Below are positions 41,816 through 55,004 of a stretch of DNA of 64,000 nt, piece by piece (position 1 is the stretch's first letter; the number at the start of each line of letters is the position of its first letter). The position numbers and the translations under genes were made by a program. The notes beneath the pieces were generated by a model. That model made no database searches. It was not told the origin of the DNA and saw only the letters and a program-made list of their open reading frames with translations. Location: NCBI RefSeq assembly GCF_988242995.1, contig NZ_OZ547043.1. The stretch is one strand, 5' to 3'.

Positions 41816-42739
41816 GTGAAAAAATTACGTATCGGCGTAGTGGGATTAGGCGGCATTGCGCAAAAAGCGTGGTTACCGGTGCTGGCGGCAGCGTCTGACT
41901 GGATGTTACAAGGAGCCTGGTCGCCTACGCGCGCGAAAGCCCTGCCAATTTGTGAAAGCTGGCGCATTCCTTATGCCGATTCGTTATCCAGCCTTGCCGC
42001 CAGTTGCGATGCGGTTTTTGTGCATTCCAGCACCGCCAGCCACTTTGACGTGGTCAGTACGTTACTCAATGCGGGGGTACATGTCTGTGTCGATAAACCG
42101 CTGGCAGAAAATCTGCGCGATGCTGAACGGCTGGTGGAACTTGCGGCGCGGAAAAAACTGACGTTGATGGTCGGTTTTAACCGTCGTTTCGCACCACTCT
42201 ACGGTGAGTTAAAAACGCAACTCGCCACCGCAGCCTCGCTAAGAATGGATAAACATCGTAGCAATAGCGTCGGGCCACACGATCTTTATTTCACGTTGCT
42301 GGATGATTATCTGCATGTGGTGGATACCGCGCTGTGGTTGTCGGGCGGCAAAGCCTCTCTGGATGGCGGTACGCTACTGACTAACGACGCTGGCGAAATG
42401 CTGTTTGCCGAGCACCATTTTTCGGCCGGTCCTTTGCAGATCACCACCTGTATGCATCGCCGTGCCGGAAGCCAGCGTGAAACCGTGCAGGCCGTGACTG
42501 ACGGTGCGCTCATCGACATTACGGATATGCGCGAATGGCGTGAGGAGCGCGGGCAGGGCGTAGTGCATAAACCGATTCCTGGTTGGCAGAGTACGCTTGA
42601 GCAACGTGGATTTGTCGGCTGTGCGCGGCACTTCATTGAATGTGTGCAAAATCAGACAGTTCCGCAAACCGCCGGCGAACAGGCAGTGCTGGCGCAACGT
42701 ATCGTTGACAAGATCTGGCGCGATGCGATGAGTGAATAA
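41816..42739 (+). CDS. yceM: YceM (MviM) Gfo/Idh/MocA-family oxidoreductase
   Basis: 307 aa from GTG 41816 right after yceH stop; Rossmann GVVGLGGIAQKA. Confidence 0.9.
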   Translation: MKKLRIGVVGLGGIAQKAWLPVLAAASDWMLQGAWSPTRAKALPICESWRIPYADSLSSLAASCDAVFVHSSTASHFDVVSTLLNAGVHVCVDKPLAENLRDAERLVELAARKKLTLMVGFNRRFAPLYGELKTQLATAASLRMDKHRSNSVGPHDLYFTLLDDYLHVVDTALWLSGGKASLDGGTLLTNDAGEMLFAEHHFSAGPLQITTCMHRRAGSQRETVQAVTDGALIDITDMREWREERGQGVVHKPIPGWQSTLEQRGFVGCARHFIECVQNQTVPQTAGEQAVLAQRIVDKIWRDAMSE

Positions 42740-42761
42740 ACCCTGTAACATCTGGCGGTAG

Positions 42762-44384
<1,623 letters not shown>

Positions 44385-44423
44385 CAATGCATTCCGGCCT
44401 GCAGTGCAGGCCGGAGATAATCT

Positions 44424-44840
44424 TCAGATCGAAATCTTTTTACTGCCGCGATGGGTTGTTGAGGTCTGACCGTTTGCCCCATATAGCGTCGGTTCCTGAT
44501 GCGGTTTCAACATTTCCAGTGCTTGTTGGTTGCGCTCAATCTGTCCTTCCAGTAACCAGCCGTTATGTTGATTCATTTGGCGTAGTTGCTGCGTTTTCAC
44601 AGTAATTTCCTGCCAGCGTTGACTAATATCAACGCTATTTGCTGCATTGGGTTCTTTCCTGCGTAACTGTTCGAGGTAATCCAGCGTCGCCAGCAGAGAG
44701 CTTTTTTGTTCTGTAATCCATTGCAACTGGCTGCCGTTGATCTGCCCCATAGAGAGATGTTGCTGCTCTTGATCCATTACCGTTTTGAGATCGTTAAGCA
44801 CAGCGGACATCTGGTCGAGGATCTCTGCAAGACGCGTCAT
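44424..44840 (-). CDS. flgN: FlgN flagellar export chaperone
   Basis: 138 aa. Confidence 0.95.
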   Translation of the reverse strand: MTRLAEILDQMSAVLNDLKTVMDQEQQHLSMGQINGSQLQWITEQKSSLLATLDYLEQLRRKEPNAANSVDISQRWQEITVKTQQLRQMNQHNGWLLEGQIERNQQALEMLKPHQEPTLYGANGQTSTTHRGSKKISI

Positions 44841-44844
44841 ACGA

Positions 44845-45138
44845 TCAGTTACTCTGCAAGTCTTGCTGCGCTTCGTTGATCAGCGCATCGGCAATTTTGC
44901 CGGTGTCCATTTTTAGTTCACCGTTACGAATCGCCAGTTTTAACGCTTCGACACGTTCAAGATTGATATCACTGCTGCCGGGTTGCATCAGTTTTGCTTG
45001 CGCGTCGCTTAACGTCACACTGGTGCTGGTGGAGGCGGTTGTTTTTGCCGCCCGGGTGTTCGTTACGGGCGCGTCAATGGTTTCGCGCGGTTGAACGGTG
45101 CTTACGGGCTTCAGAGGCGAAGTGCGATCAATACTCAT
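44845..45138 (-). CDS. flgM: FlgM anti-sigma-28 factor
   Basis: 97 aa. Confidence 0.95.
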   Translation of the reverse strand: MSIDRTSPLKPVSTVQPRETIDAPVTNTRAAKTTASTSTSVTLSDAQAKLMQPGSSDINLERVEALKLAIRNGELKMDTGKIADALINEAQQDLQSN

Positions 45139-45181
45139 GGTTTATTCCTCATTGAGGGCGCTTTTATCATGTGTTGCTTAT

Positions 45182-45208
45182 TTATCGGCAAGGGACGGGT
45201 AATCTTTA
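45182..45208 (-). promoter_or_regulatory. Sigma-28 (FliA) class 3 promoter for flgMN
   Basis: On minus strand TAAAGATT - 11 nt - GCCGATAA (consensus TAAAGTTT-N11-GCCGATAA) between flgA stop and flgM start. Confidence 0.6.
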
Positions 45209-45213
45209 ACAGC

Positions 45214-45873
45214 TTACAGGTTTATAAGAATATTCCCATCTGCATCAACAACGCCGCTGACCACCTGTCCCGATACCATGCGCACCCGCGCATTCTGTGC
45301 GACGGCTGCATTGTTCAGCGCCTGACCTTCTGCGTTGGCGCTAAACCCATCACCACTGGCGATCACGTTGACGCGTTGTCCCGCTTTTACCCGCCATGCC
45401 TGGCGAAACTGGGTTAACTGGATAGGTTGATCGGGTGATAGATCGCGCAGGCTAACGGCATCAACAAGTTGATTGATATCCAGCACCGTACGCGGTGGCA
45501 AGGTGTCCAGCCGTCCGCGTTTCAGTTTGACATTGCCAGCTTCCAGCTTTCCTCCCCGCACAATGGGCATTGCGGCAACCACATAATTTCCTGTGGCCTG
45601 CACATAAACCTGTAAATATCGTTTGTCGTTACCGCAGCGTGCCAACACATTCACATTGCCCCACAGGCGGGAATTATTGCTCATCGAAAGCAATGGCTGC
45701 TCGCACGGCGGTAGTAGATTGGGCGCTGTACGAATAGAAACACGAACCTCATCACTTACCCCCGCGAGCTGGGCGCTAAAAAAGGTGTGCAATTGCGATG
45801 TGAGATTGCTCGCCGCACTTAACGGACTGAACAGTATCGCGATGATCGCCACGCTACGTTTTATTGCCAGCAT
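45214..45873 (-). CDS. flgA: FlgA P-ring assembly chaperone
   Basis: 219 aa. Confidence 0.95.
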   Translation of the reverse strand: MLAIKRSVAIIAILFSPLSAASNLTSQLHTFFSAQLAGVSDEVRVSIRTAPNLLPPCEQPLLSMSNNSRLWGNVNVLARCGNDKRYLQVYVQATGNYVVAAMPIVRGGKLEAGNVKLKRGRLDTLPPRTVLDINQLVDAVSLRDLSPDQPIQLTQFRQAWRVKAGQRVNVIASGDGFSANAEGQALNNAAVAQNARVRMVSGQVVSGVVDADGNILINL

Positions 45874-46027
45874 TTTCGCCCCCTGCCATTTCTACAACGT
45901 GAATTGTACCTGTCCGCAATGACCATCAACGGCATAAATAGCGACCCATTTTGCGTTTATTCCGCCGATAACGCGCGCGTAAAGGCATTTAAGCTGATGG
46001 CAGAATTTTGATACCTGCGGAGGAGAT
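45874..46027. promoter_or_regulatory. Divergent flgA / flgB class 2 (FlhDC-dependent) promoter region
   Basis: Position between divergent flagellar operons; motifs not resolved by eye. Confidence 0.55.
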
Positions 46028-46444
46028 ATGCTCGATAAGCTCGACGCCGCCTTACGTTTTCAACAAGAGGCGCTCAATCTGCGCGCCCAGCGTCAGGAAG
46101 TGCTGGCAGCAAACATCGCCAATGCCGATACCCCTGGTTATCAGGCGCGCGATATCGATTTTGCCAGTGAACTTAAAAAAGTCATGCAACGTGGACGGGA
46201 TGCAACCAGTGTGGTTGCACTGACGATGACCTCAACGCAACACATTCCGGCGCAGGCGCTGACGCCTCCTACCGCAGAACTGCAATACCGTATTCCGGAC
46301 CAGCCTTCGCTTGACGGTAATACCGTCGATATGGATCGCGAACGCACCCAGTTTGCCGATAACAGCCTGCAATACCAGATGAGCCTTAGCGCGTTGAGCG
46401 GGCAAATCAAAGGCATGATGAACGTTTTACAGAGCGGAAATTAA
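46028..46444 (+). CDS. flgB: FlgB proximal rod protein
   Basis: 138 aa. Confidence 0.95.
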
Positions 46445-46447
46445 CGG

Positions 46448-46852
46448 ATGGCACTGCTGAATATTTTTGATATCGCCGGGTCGGCGTTAACTGCCCAGTC
46501 CCAGCGCCTGAACGTGGCGGCCAGTAATCTGGCGAATGCTGATAGCGTGACCGGTCCCGATGGACAGCCATATCGGGCAAAACAGGTGGTATTCCAGGTT
46601 AACGCTGCACCAGGTGCTGCGACAGGCGGCGTAAAGGTTGCCGATGTTATAGAAAGTCAGGCCCCGGACAAACTGGTTTATGAACCGGGTAATCCGCTGG
46701 CGGATGCAAAGGGCTACGTGAAAATGCCAAACGTTGATGTCGTCGGAGAGATGGTTAACACCATGTCGGCGTCACGCAGCTATCAGGCCAATGTTGAAGT
46801 GCTCAACACGGTGAAAAGCATGATGCTGAAAACCCTTACGCTCGGTCAATAA
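46448..46852 (+). CDS. flgC: FlgC proximal rod protein
   Basis: 134 aa. Confidence 0.95.
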
Positions 46853-46863
46853 AGGAGAAAGCT

Positions 46864-47559
46864 ATGTCCATTGCGGTAACCACCACCGATCCGACAAATA
46901 CCGGCGTCAGCACCACCAGTAGTAGTTCGCTCACGGGCAGCAACGCCGCAGATTTACAAAGCAGTTTTCTGACTTTGTTGGTGGCGCAGCTGAAAAACCA
47001 GGACCCGACCAATCCAATGGAAAATAACGAGCTGACGTCGCAACTGGCACAAATCAGCACGGTCAGCGGGATTGAAAAACTCAATACCACGCTCGGATCT
47101 ATTTCCGGACAGATTGATAACAGCCAGTCGTTACAGGCCAGTAACCTGATCGGTCACGGCGTGATGATCCCCGGCACCACTGTTCTTGCGGGAACCGGCA
47201 GTGAAGAAGGGGCTGTAACCACGACCACGCCGTTTGGTGTTGAGCTGCAACAGGCGGCAGACAAAGTTACGGCCACCATCACCGATAAAAACGGTGCGGT
47301 TGTCCGTACCATTGATATCGGTGAACTGACTGCCGGAGTCCACAGTTTCACCTGGGACGGTACGTTGACTGACGGCAGCACTGCGCCGAACGGTTCTTAC
47401 AATGTAGCGATTAGCGCCAGTAACGGTGGTACACAACTGGTTGCCCAGCCGCTGCAGTTTGCTCTGGTGCAGGGTGTGATCCGCGGCAACAACGGTAATA
47501 CGCTGGATCTCGGCACTTACGGCACCACCACCCTCGACGAAGTACGGCAGATAATTTAA
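46864..47559 (+). CDS. flgD: FlgD hook capping protein
   Basis: 231 aa. Confidence 0.95.
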   Translation: MSIAVTTTDPTNTGVSTTSSSSLTGSNAADLQSSFLTLLVAQLKNQDPTNPMENNELTSQLAQISTVSGIEKLNTTLGSISGQIDNSQSLQASNLIGHGVMIPGTTVLAGTGSEEGAVTTTTPFGVELQQAADKVTATITDKNGAVVRTIDIGELTAGVHSFTWDGTLTDGSTAPNGSYNVAISASNGGTQLVAQPLQFALVQGVIRGNNGNTLDLGTYGTTTLDEVRQII

Positions 47560-47583
47560 GCCTTCACATTTCAGGAGTCAGTC

Positions 47584-48789
47584 ATGGCCTTTTCTCAAGC
47601 GGTTAGCGGATTAAACGCTGCCGCCACCAACCTCGATGTTATTGGCAACAATATCGCCAACTCCGCCACCTACGGCTTTAAATCAGGCACGGCCTCTTTT
47701 GCCGATATGTTTGCCGGTTCGAAAGTGGGACTGGGGGTAAAAGTTGCCGGTATCACTCAGGACTTTACCGATGGCACGACCACCAACACCGGGCGAGGTC
47801 TGGACGTTGCTATCAGCCAGAACGGTTTTTTCCGTCTGGTAGACAGCAACGGTTCGGTGTTCTACAGCCGTAACGGACAATTTAAGCTGGATGAAAACCG
47901 TAACCTGGTGAATATGCAAGGTTTACAGCTGACGGGTTACCCGGCAACCGGTACGCCGCCGACTATTCAGCAAGGGGCGAATCCGACCAATATTTCGATC
48001 CCGAATACCCTGATGGCAGCGAAAACTACCACCACGGCATCGATGCAGATCAACCTGAATTCCAGTGATCCGCTTCCCTCTGTTAACGCATTTGATGCCA
48101 GCAATGCGGATAGCTATAACAAAAAAGGTTCGGTGACTGTTTTCGATAGTCAGGGTAATGCTCATGACATGAGCGTCTACTTTGTGAAGACCGGGGATAA
48201 TAACTGGCAGGTCTACACCCAGGATAGTAGTGATCCAAACAGCATTGCGAAGACAGCGACAACACTGGTGTTTAATGCCAATGGCGTTCTGACCTCAGAG
48301 CCAACAGCGAATATTTCCACCGGCGCAATTAACGGCGCAGATCCCGCCACGTTTAGCCTGAGTTTCCTCAACTCCATGCAGCAAAATACCGGTGCTAACA
48401 ACATTGTGGCAACCACCCAGAACGGCTACAAACCGGGCGATCTGGTGAGTTATCAAATCAATGATGACGGTACGGTTGTCGGCAACTATTCCAACGAACA
48501 AACCCAACTGCTGGGGCAGATTGTACTGGCGAACTTTGCCAACAACGAAGGTCTGGCATCCGAAGGCGACAACGTCTGGTCTGCGACGCAATCTTCTGGC
48601 GTGGCGCTGTTGGGGACAGCCGGGACGGGCAACTTTGGCACCCTGACCAACGGTGCGCTGGAAGCGTCCAACGTCGATCTCAGTAAAGAACTGGTCAATA
48701 TGATCGTTGCCCAGCGTAACTATCAGTCTAACGCCCAGACCATCAAAACCCAGGACCAGATCCTCAACACGCTGGTTAACTTACGCTAA
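47584..48789 (+). CDS. flgE: FlgE hook protein
   Basis: 401 aa; one residue shorter than the 402 aa I recall for K-12. Confidence 0.95.
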   Translation: MAFSQAVSGLNAAATNLDVIGNNIANSATYGFKSGTASFADMFAGSKVGLGVKVAGITQDFTDGTTTNTGRGLDVAISQNGFFRLVDSNGSVFYSRNGQFKLDENRNLVNMQGLQLTGYPATGTPPTIQQGANPTNISIPNTLMAAKTTTTASMQINLNSSDPLPSVNAFDASNADSYNKKGSVTVFDSQGNAHDMSVYFVKTGDNNWQVYTQDSSDPNSIAKTATTLVFNANGVLTSEPTANISTGAINGADPATFSLSFLNSMQQNTGANNIVATTQNGYKPGDLVSYQINDDGTVVGNYSNEQTQLLGQIVLANFANNEGLASEGDNVWSATQSSGVALLGTAGTGNFGTLTNGALEASNVDLSKELVNMIVAQRNYQSNAQTIKTQDQILNTLVNLR

Positions 48790-48808
48790 TCGCTGACGGG
48801 ATAGCTCA

Positions 48809-49564
48809 ATGGATCACGCAATTTATACCGCGATGGGAGCAGCCAGCCAGACGCTGAATCAACAGGCGGTAACTGCCAGTAATCTGGCCAATGCCTCAAC
48901 GCCCGGTTTTCGCGCGCAGTTAAATGCCTTGCGCGCAGTGCCGGTGGAAGGGCTTTCACTGCCTACGCGCACGCTGGTAACGGCGTCAACGCCGGGTGCA
49001 GACATGACGCCCGGCAAGATGGATTACACCTCGCGCCCGCTGGACGTTGCGTTGCAGCAGGATGGCTGGCTGGCCGTGCAGACCGCTGACGGTAGCGAAG
49101 GGTATACGCGTAATGGCAGCATTCAGGTTGATCCCACCGGGCAACTGACAATTCAGGGACATCCGGTGATAGGCGAGGCTGGGCCAATTGCTGTGCCGGA
49201 AGGGGCGGAAATCACTATTGCTGCCGATGGCACAATCTCGGCGCTGAATCCGGGCGATCCGGCAAATACGGTTGCGCCAGTGGGGCGTCTGAAACTGGTG
49301 AAAGCCACGGGCAGCGAAGTGCAGCGCGGTGACGACGGCATTTTTCGTTTAAGCGCAGAAAGCCAGGCCACGCGTGGGCCTGTACTGCAGGCAGAGCCAA
49401 CCTTGCGTGTGATGTCGGGTGTTCTGGAAGGCAGTAACGTCAATGCCGTTGCGGCAATGAGCGACATGATTGCCAGCGCGCGGCGTTTTGAAATGCAGAT
49501 GAAGGTGATCAGCAGCGTCGATGATAACGCAGGCCGTGCCAACCAACTGCTGTCGATGAGTTAA
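48809..49564 (+). CDS. flgF: FlgF proximal rod protein
   Basis: 251 aa. Confidence 0.95.
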   Translation: MDHAIYTAMGAASQTLNQQAVTASNLANASTPGFRAQLNALRAVPVEGLSLPTRTLVTASTPGADMTPGKMDYTSRPLDVALQQDGWLAVQTADGSEGYTRNGSIQVDPTGQLTIQGHPVIGEAGPIAVPEGAEITIAADGTISALNPGDPANTVAPVGRLKLVKATGSEVQRGDDGIFRLSAESQATRGPVLQAEPTLRVMSGVLEGSNVNAVAAMSDMIASARRFEMQMKVISSVDDNAGRANQLLSMS

Positions 49565-49607
49565 TTAATCGATTGATGACATTGCAATAAAAGCGCGCGG
49601 ACTGTTC

Positions 49608-49642
49608 CCTCGCCCCTTTGGGGAGAGGTTAGGGTGAGGGGA
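49608..49642. repeat. GC-rich palindromic intergenic repeat in flgF-flgG spacer
   Basis: CCCTCGCCCCTTTGGGGAGAGGTTAGGGTGAGGGG; resembles a recurrent E. coli intergenic repeat class (family name not verified). Confidence 0.4.
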
Positions 49643-49682
49643 AATGCGCACCGCCGCGTGCTTCTGCTCTGCTTGTCACTAA

Positions 49683-50483
<801 letters not shown>

Positions 50484-50535
50484 GGCATAACCGGTGGCAG
50501 ATTCACCGGTTTACTGATTTTTGAAGATGATAGCC

Positions 50536-51234
50536 ATGCAAAAAAACGCTGCGCATACTTATGCCATTTCCAGCTTGTTGGTGCTTTCACTAACCGGCTG
50601 CGCCTGGATACCCTCCACGCCGCTGGTACAGGGGGCGACCAGTGCACAACCGGTTCCCGGTCCGACGCCCGTCGCCAACGGTTCTATTTTCCAGTCTGCT
50701 CAGCCGATTAACTATGGCTATCAACCGTTGTTTGAAGATCGTCGACCACGCAATATTGGCGATACGCTGACCATCGTGTTGCAGGAGAACGTCAGCGCCA
50801 GCAAAAGCTCCTCTGCGAATGCCAGCCGTGACGGTAAAACTAATTTTGGCTTTGATACTGTGCCGCGCTATTTGCAGGGGCTGTTTGGTAACGCTCGTGC
50901 CGATGTCGAAGCCTCCGGTGGTAACACGTTCAACGGAAAGGGCGGGGCCAATGCCAGCAATACCTTTAGCGGCACGTTGACGGTGACGGTTGACCAGGTA
51001 CTGGTCAACGGCAACCTGCATGTGGTGGGTGAAAAACAGATCGCCATTAATCAGGGTACCGAATTTATTCGCTTCTCTGGTGTAGTTAATCCACGCACTA
51101 TCAGCGGCAGCAATACCGTACCGTCTACTCAGGTGGCGGATGCGCGCATTGAATACGTAGGCAATGGCTACATTAACGAAGCGCAAAATATGGGCTGGTT
51201 GCAGCGTTTCTTCCTCAACCTGTCACCAATGTAA
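50536..51234 (+). CDS. flgH: FlgH L-ring lipoprotein
   Basis: 232 aa from ATG 50536 ([22 protein letters not shown]). Confidence 0.93.
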
Positions 51235-51245
51235 GTGAGGCTGTG

Positions 51246-52343
51246 GTGATTAAATTTCTCTCTGCATTAATTCTTTTACTGGTTACCACGGCGGCTCAGG
51301 CTGAGCGTATTCGCGATCTCACCAGTGTTCAGGGGGTAAGGCAAAACTCACTGATTGGCTATGGCCTGGTGGTGGGGCTGGATGGAACTGGTGACCAGAC
51401 AACCCAGACGCCGTTTACCACACAAACGCTTAATAACATGCTCTCACAGCTGGGAATTACCGTTCCGACGGGCACCAATATGCAGCTAAAAAACGTCGCT
51501 GCGGTAATGGTGACGGCGTCACTTCCGCCGTTTGGACGCCAGGGGCAAACCATCGATGTGGTGGTATCTTCCATGGGTAATGCCAAAAGCTTGCGTGGCG
51601 GTACGTTGTTGATGACACCGCTTAAGGGCGTTGACAGTCAGGTGTATGCGCTGGCGCAGGGCAATATTCTGGTTGGCGGCGCAGGAGCCTCCGCTGGCGG
51701 TAGCAGTGTTCAGGTGAACCAACTGAACGGTGGACGGATCACCAATGGTGCGGTTATTGAACGTGAATTGCCCAGCCAGTTTGGCGTCGGGAATACCCTT
51801 AATTTGCAACTTAACGACGAAGATTTCAGCATGGCGCAGCAAATCGCTGACACCATCAACCGCGTGCGTGGATATGGCAGCGCCACCGCGTTAGATGCGC
51901 GGACTATTCAGGTGCGCGTACCAAGTGGCAACAGTTCCCAGGTCCGTTTCCTTGCCGATATCCAGAATATGCAGGTTAATGTTACCCCGCAGGACGCTAA
52001 AGTAGTGATTAACTCGCGCACCGGTTCGGTGGTGATGAATCGCGAAGTGACCCTCGACAGCTGCGCGGTAGCGCAGGGAAATCTTTCAGTAACAGTTAAT
52101 CGCCAGGCCAATGTCAGCCAGCCAGATACACCGTTTGGTGGTGGGCAGACTGTGGTTACTCCACAAACGCAGATCGATTTACGCCAGAGCGGCGGTTCGC
52201 TGCAAAGCGTACGTTCCAGCGCCAGCCTCAATAACGTGGTGCGTGCGCTCAATGCGCTGGGCGCTACGCCGATGGATCTGATGTCCATACTGCAATCAAT
52301 GCAAAGTGCGGGATGTCTGCGGGCAAAACTGGAAATCATCTGA
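51246..52343 (+). CDS. flgI: FlgI P-ring protein
   Basis: 365 aa from GTG 51246 ([12 protein letters not shown]); ORF track starts one codon earlier. Confidence 0.93.
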
Positions 52344-53284
52344 TGATCAGCGACAGCAAACTACTGGCAAGTGCGGCCTGGGATGCACAATCGCTCAACG
52401 AACTTAAGGCGAAAGCGGGCGAAGATCCGGCGGCAAATATCCGTCCGGTGGCCCGCCAGGTGGAAGGGATGTTCGTGCAGATGATGTTGAAAAGCATGCG
52501 CGACGCTTTACCAAAAGATGGCCTGTTCAGCAGCGAGCACACTCGCCTGTATACCAGTATGTATGACCAGCAGATTGCCCAACAGATGACGGCGGGCAAA
52601 GGTCTGGGGCTGGCAGAGATGATGGTTAAACAGATGACGCCAGAACAACCATTGCCAGAGGAGTCCACGCCAGCAGCACCGATGAAATTCCCGCTCGAAA
52701 CCGTGGTGCGTTATCAAAATCAGACGCTTTCGCAGCTGGTGCAAAAGGCCGTACCACGTAACTACGATGATTCGCTGCCGGGTGACAGTAAAGCATTCCT
52801 CGCGCAACTCTCGTTGCCCGCCCAACTGGCAAGCCAGCAAAGCGGTGTGCCACATCATTTGATCCTCGCTCAGGCGGCGCTGGAATCTGGCTGGGGACAA
52901 CGGCAAATCCGCCGTGAAAACGGCGAGCCGAGCTATAACCTGTTTGGCGTCAAAGCCTCTGGCAACTGGAAAGGGCCAGTCACTGAAATCACCACGACTG
53001 AATATGAAAATGGCGAAGCGAAGAAAGTAAAAGCGAAGTTTCGGGTCTACAGCTCGTATCTGGAAGCATTGTCGGATTACGTTGGGCTGTTAACGCGTAA
53101 CCCGCGCTACGCCGCCGTGACGACCGCCGCGAGTGCGGAGCAGGGGGCGCAGGCCCTACAGGACGCGGGCTATGCCACCGATCCTCACTATGCCCGCAAA
53201 CTCACCAACATGATTCAGCAGATGAAATCGATAAGCGACAAGGTGAGCAAAACCTACAGCATGAACATTGATAATCTGTTCTGA
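52343..53284 (+). CDS. flgJ: FlgJ rod-cap protein / peptidoglycan hydrolase
   Basis: 313 aa from ATG 52343, overlapping flgI stop by 1 nt. Confidence 0.93.
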   Translation: MISDSKLLASAAWDAQSLNELKAKAGEDPAANIRPVARQVEGMFVQMMLKSMRDALPKDGLFSSEHTRLYTSMYDQQIAQQMTAGKGLGLAEMMVKQMTPEQPLPEESTPAAPMKFPLETVVRYQNQTLSQLVQKAVPRNYDDSLPGDSKAFLAQLSLPAQLASQQSGVPHHLILAQAALESGWGQRQIRRENGEPSYNLFGVKASGNWKGPVTEITTTEYENGEAKKVKAKFRVYSSYLEALSDYVGLLTRNPRYAAVTTAASAEQGAQALQDAGYATDPHYARKLTNMIQQMKSISDKVSKTYSMNIDNLF

Positions 53285-53289
53285 ATAAC

Positions 53290-53316
53290 TCAAGTCCGGC
53301 GGGTCGCTGCCGATAA
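53290..53316 (+). promoter_or_regulatory. Sigma-28 class 3 promoter for flgKL
   Basis: GCCGATAA -10 element at 53309-53316; -35 is a weaker match (5 of 8 to TAAAGTTT). Confidence 0.5.
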
Positions 53317-53349
53317 TACTCTGTAATTGAAGGCTTATAAGGAACCTCC

Positions 53350-54993
53350 ATGTCCAGCTTGATCAATAACGCTATGAGCGGACTGAACGCGGCCCAGGCG
53401 GCGTTAAATACGGCAAGTAATAATATTTCCAGCTATAACGTTGCCGGATATACCCGCCAAACCACTATTATGGCGCAGGCCAATAGCACGTTGGGCGCTG
53501 GCGGCTGGGTTGGCAATGGCGTCTACGTTTCTGGTGTGCAGCGTGAGTATGATGCGTTTATTACCAACCAGTTACGTGCTGCGCAGACGCAAAGTAGCGG
53601 CCTGACTGCCCGCTATGAGCAGATGTCGAAAATCGACAATATGCTCTCCACCAGTACCTCTTCGCTGGCAACACAGATGCAGGATTTCTTCACCAGCCTG
53701 CAAACGCTGGTGAGTAACGCGGAAGATCCGGCAGCGCGCCAGGCGATGATTGGGAAATCAGAAGGGTTGGTGAATCAGTTTAAAACCACCGATCAATATC
53801 TGCGCGACCAGGACAAACAGGTCAATATCGCGATAGGTGCCAGCGTTGATCAGATCAACAATTACGCTAAACAAATCGCCAGCCTGAACGATCAGATCTC
53901 TCGCCTGACAGGCGTGGGGGCAGGGGCGTCACCTAACAATCTGCTGGATCAACGCGATCAACTGGTGAGCGAATTAAACCAGATTGTTGGCGTAGAAGTC
54001 AGCGTTCAGGATGGTGGCACTTATAACATCACGATGGCCAATGGCTACTCACTGGTTCAGGGAAGTACGGTGCGGCAACTTGCGGCAGTTCCTTCCAGCG
54101 CCGACCCTTCTCGTACGACTGTCGCTTATGTTGATGGGACGGCAGGCAATATTGAGATCCCGGAGAAATTACTGAATTCCGGGTCACTGGGCGGCATTCT
54201 GACATTCCGTTCTCAGGATCTTGACCAGACGCGTAATAAGCTTGGACAACTGGCGCTGGCATTTGCCGAGGCTTTCAACACCCAACACAAAGCCGGATTT
54301 GATGCTAACCGCGATGCTGGTGAAGATTTCTTTGCTATCGGTAAGCCCGCGGTTCTGCAAAACACGAAAAACAAAGGTGACGTTGCGATCGGTGCAACGG
54401 TAACTGATGCCTCCGCGGTACTGGCGACAGATTACAAAATCTCGTTCGATAATAATCAGTGGCAGGTCACCCGCCTTGCCAGTAATACCACTTTTACGGT
54501 GACGCCGGATGCCAACGGTAAAGTGGCATTTGATGGTCTGGAGTTGACGTTTACAGGAACGCCTGCCGTTAACGACAGCTTCACACTGAAACCGGTAAGT
54601 GACGCCATCGTCAACATGGATGTATTAATCACCGACGAAGCGAAAATCGCCATGGCGAGCGCAGAAGATGCGGGTGATAGCGACAACCGCAACGGTCAGG
54701 CCCTGCTCGATCTGCAAAGCAACAGTAAAACGGTGGGCGGTGCGAAATCCTTTAACGACGCTTATGCCTCGTTAGTGAGTGATATCGGTAATAAAACCGC
54801 GACGTTGAAAACCAGTAGCACCACGCAAGGTAATGTGGTGACGCAGCTTTCCAATCAGCAGCAGTCGATTTCCGGTGTCAATCTCGATGAGGAGTACGGA
54901 AATCTGCAACGTTTTCAGCAGTATTACCTCGCGAATGCGCAGGTTCTGCAGACGGCAAACGCGATTTTTGATGCGCTGATTAACATTCGCTAA
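53350..54993 (+). CDS. flgK: FlgK hook-associated protein 1
   Basis: 547 aa. Confidence 0.95.
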   Translation: MSSLINNAMSGLNAAQAALNTASNNISSYNVAGYTRQTTIMAQANSTLGAGGWVGNGVYVSGVQREYDAFITNQLRAAQTQSSGLTARYEQMSKIDNMLSTSTSSLATQMQDFFTSLQTLVSNAEDPAARQAMIGKSEGLVNQFKTTDQYLRDQDKQVNIAIGASVDQINNYAKQIASLNDQISRLTGVGAGASPNNLLDQRDQLVSELNQIVGVEVSVQDGGTYNITMANGYSLVQGSTVRQLAAVPSSADPSRTTVAYVDGTAGNIEIPEKLLNSGSLGGILTFRSQDLDQTRNKLGQLALAFAEAFNTQHKAGFDANRDAGEDFFAIGKPAVLQNTKNKGDVAIGATVTDASAVLATDYKISFDNNQWQVTRLASNTTFTVTPDANGKVAFDGLELTFTGTPAVNDSFTLKPVSDAIVNMDVLITDEAKIAMASAEDAGDSDNRNGQALLDLQSNSKTVGGAKSFNDAYASLVSDIGNKTATLKTSSTTQGNVVTQLSNQQQSISGVNLDEEYGNLQRFQQYYLANAQVLQTANAIFDALINIR

Positions 54994-55004
54994 GGGGAGA
55001 TAAA

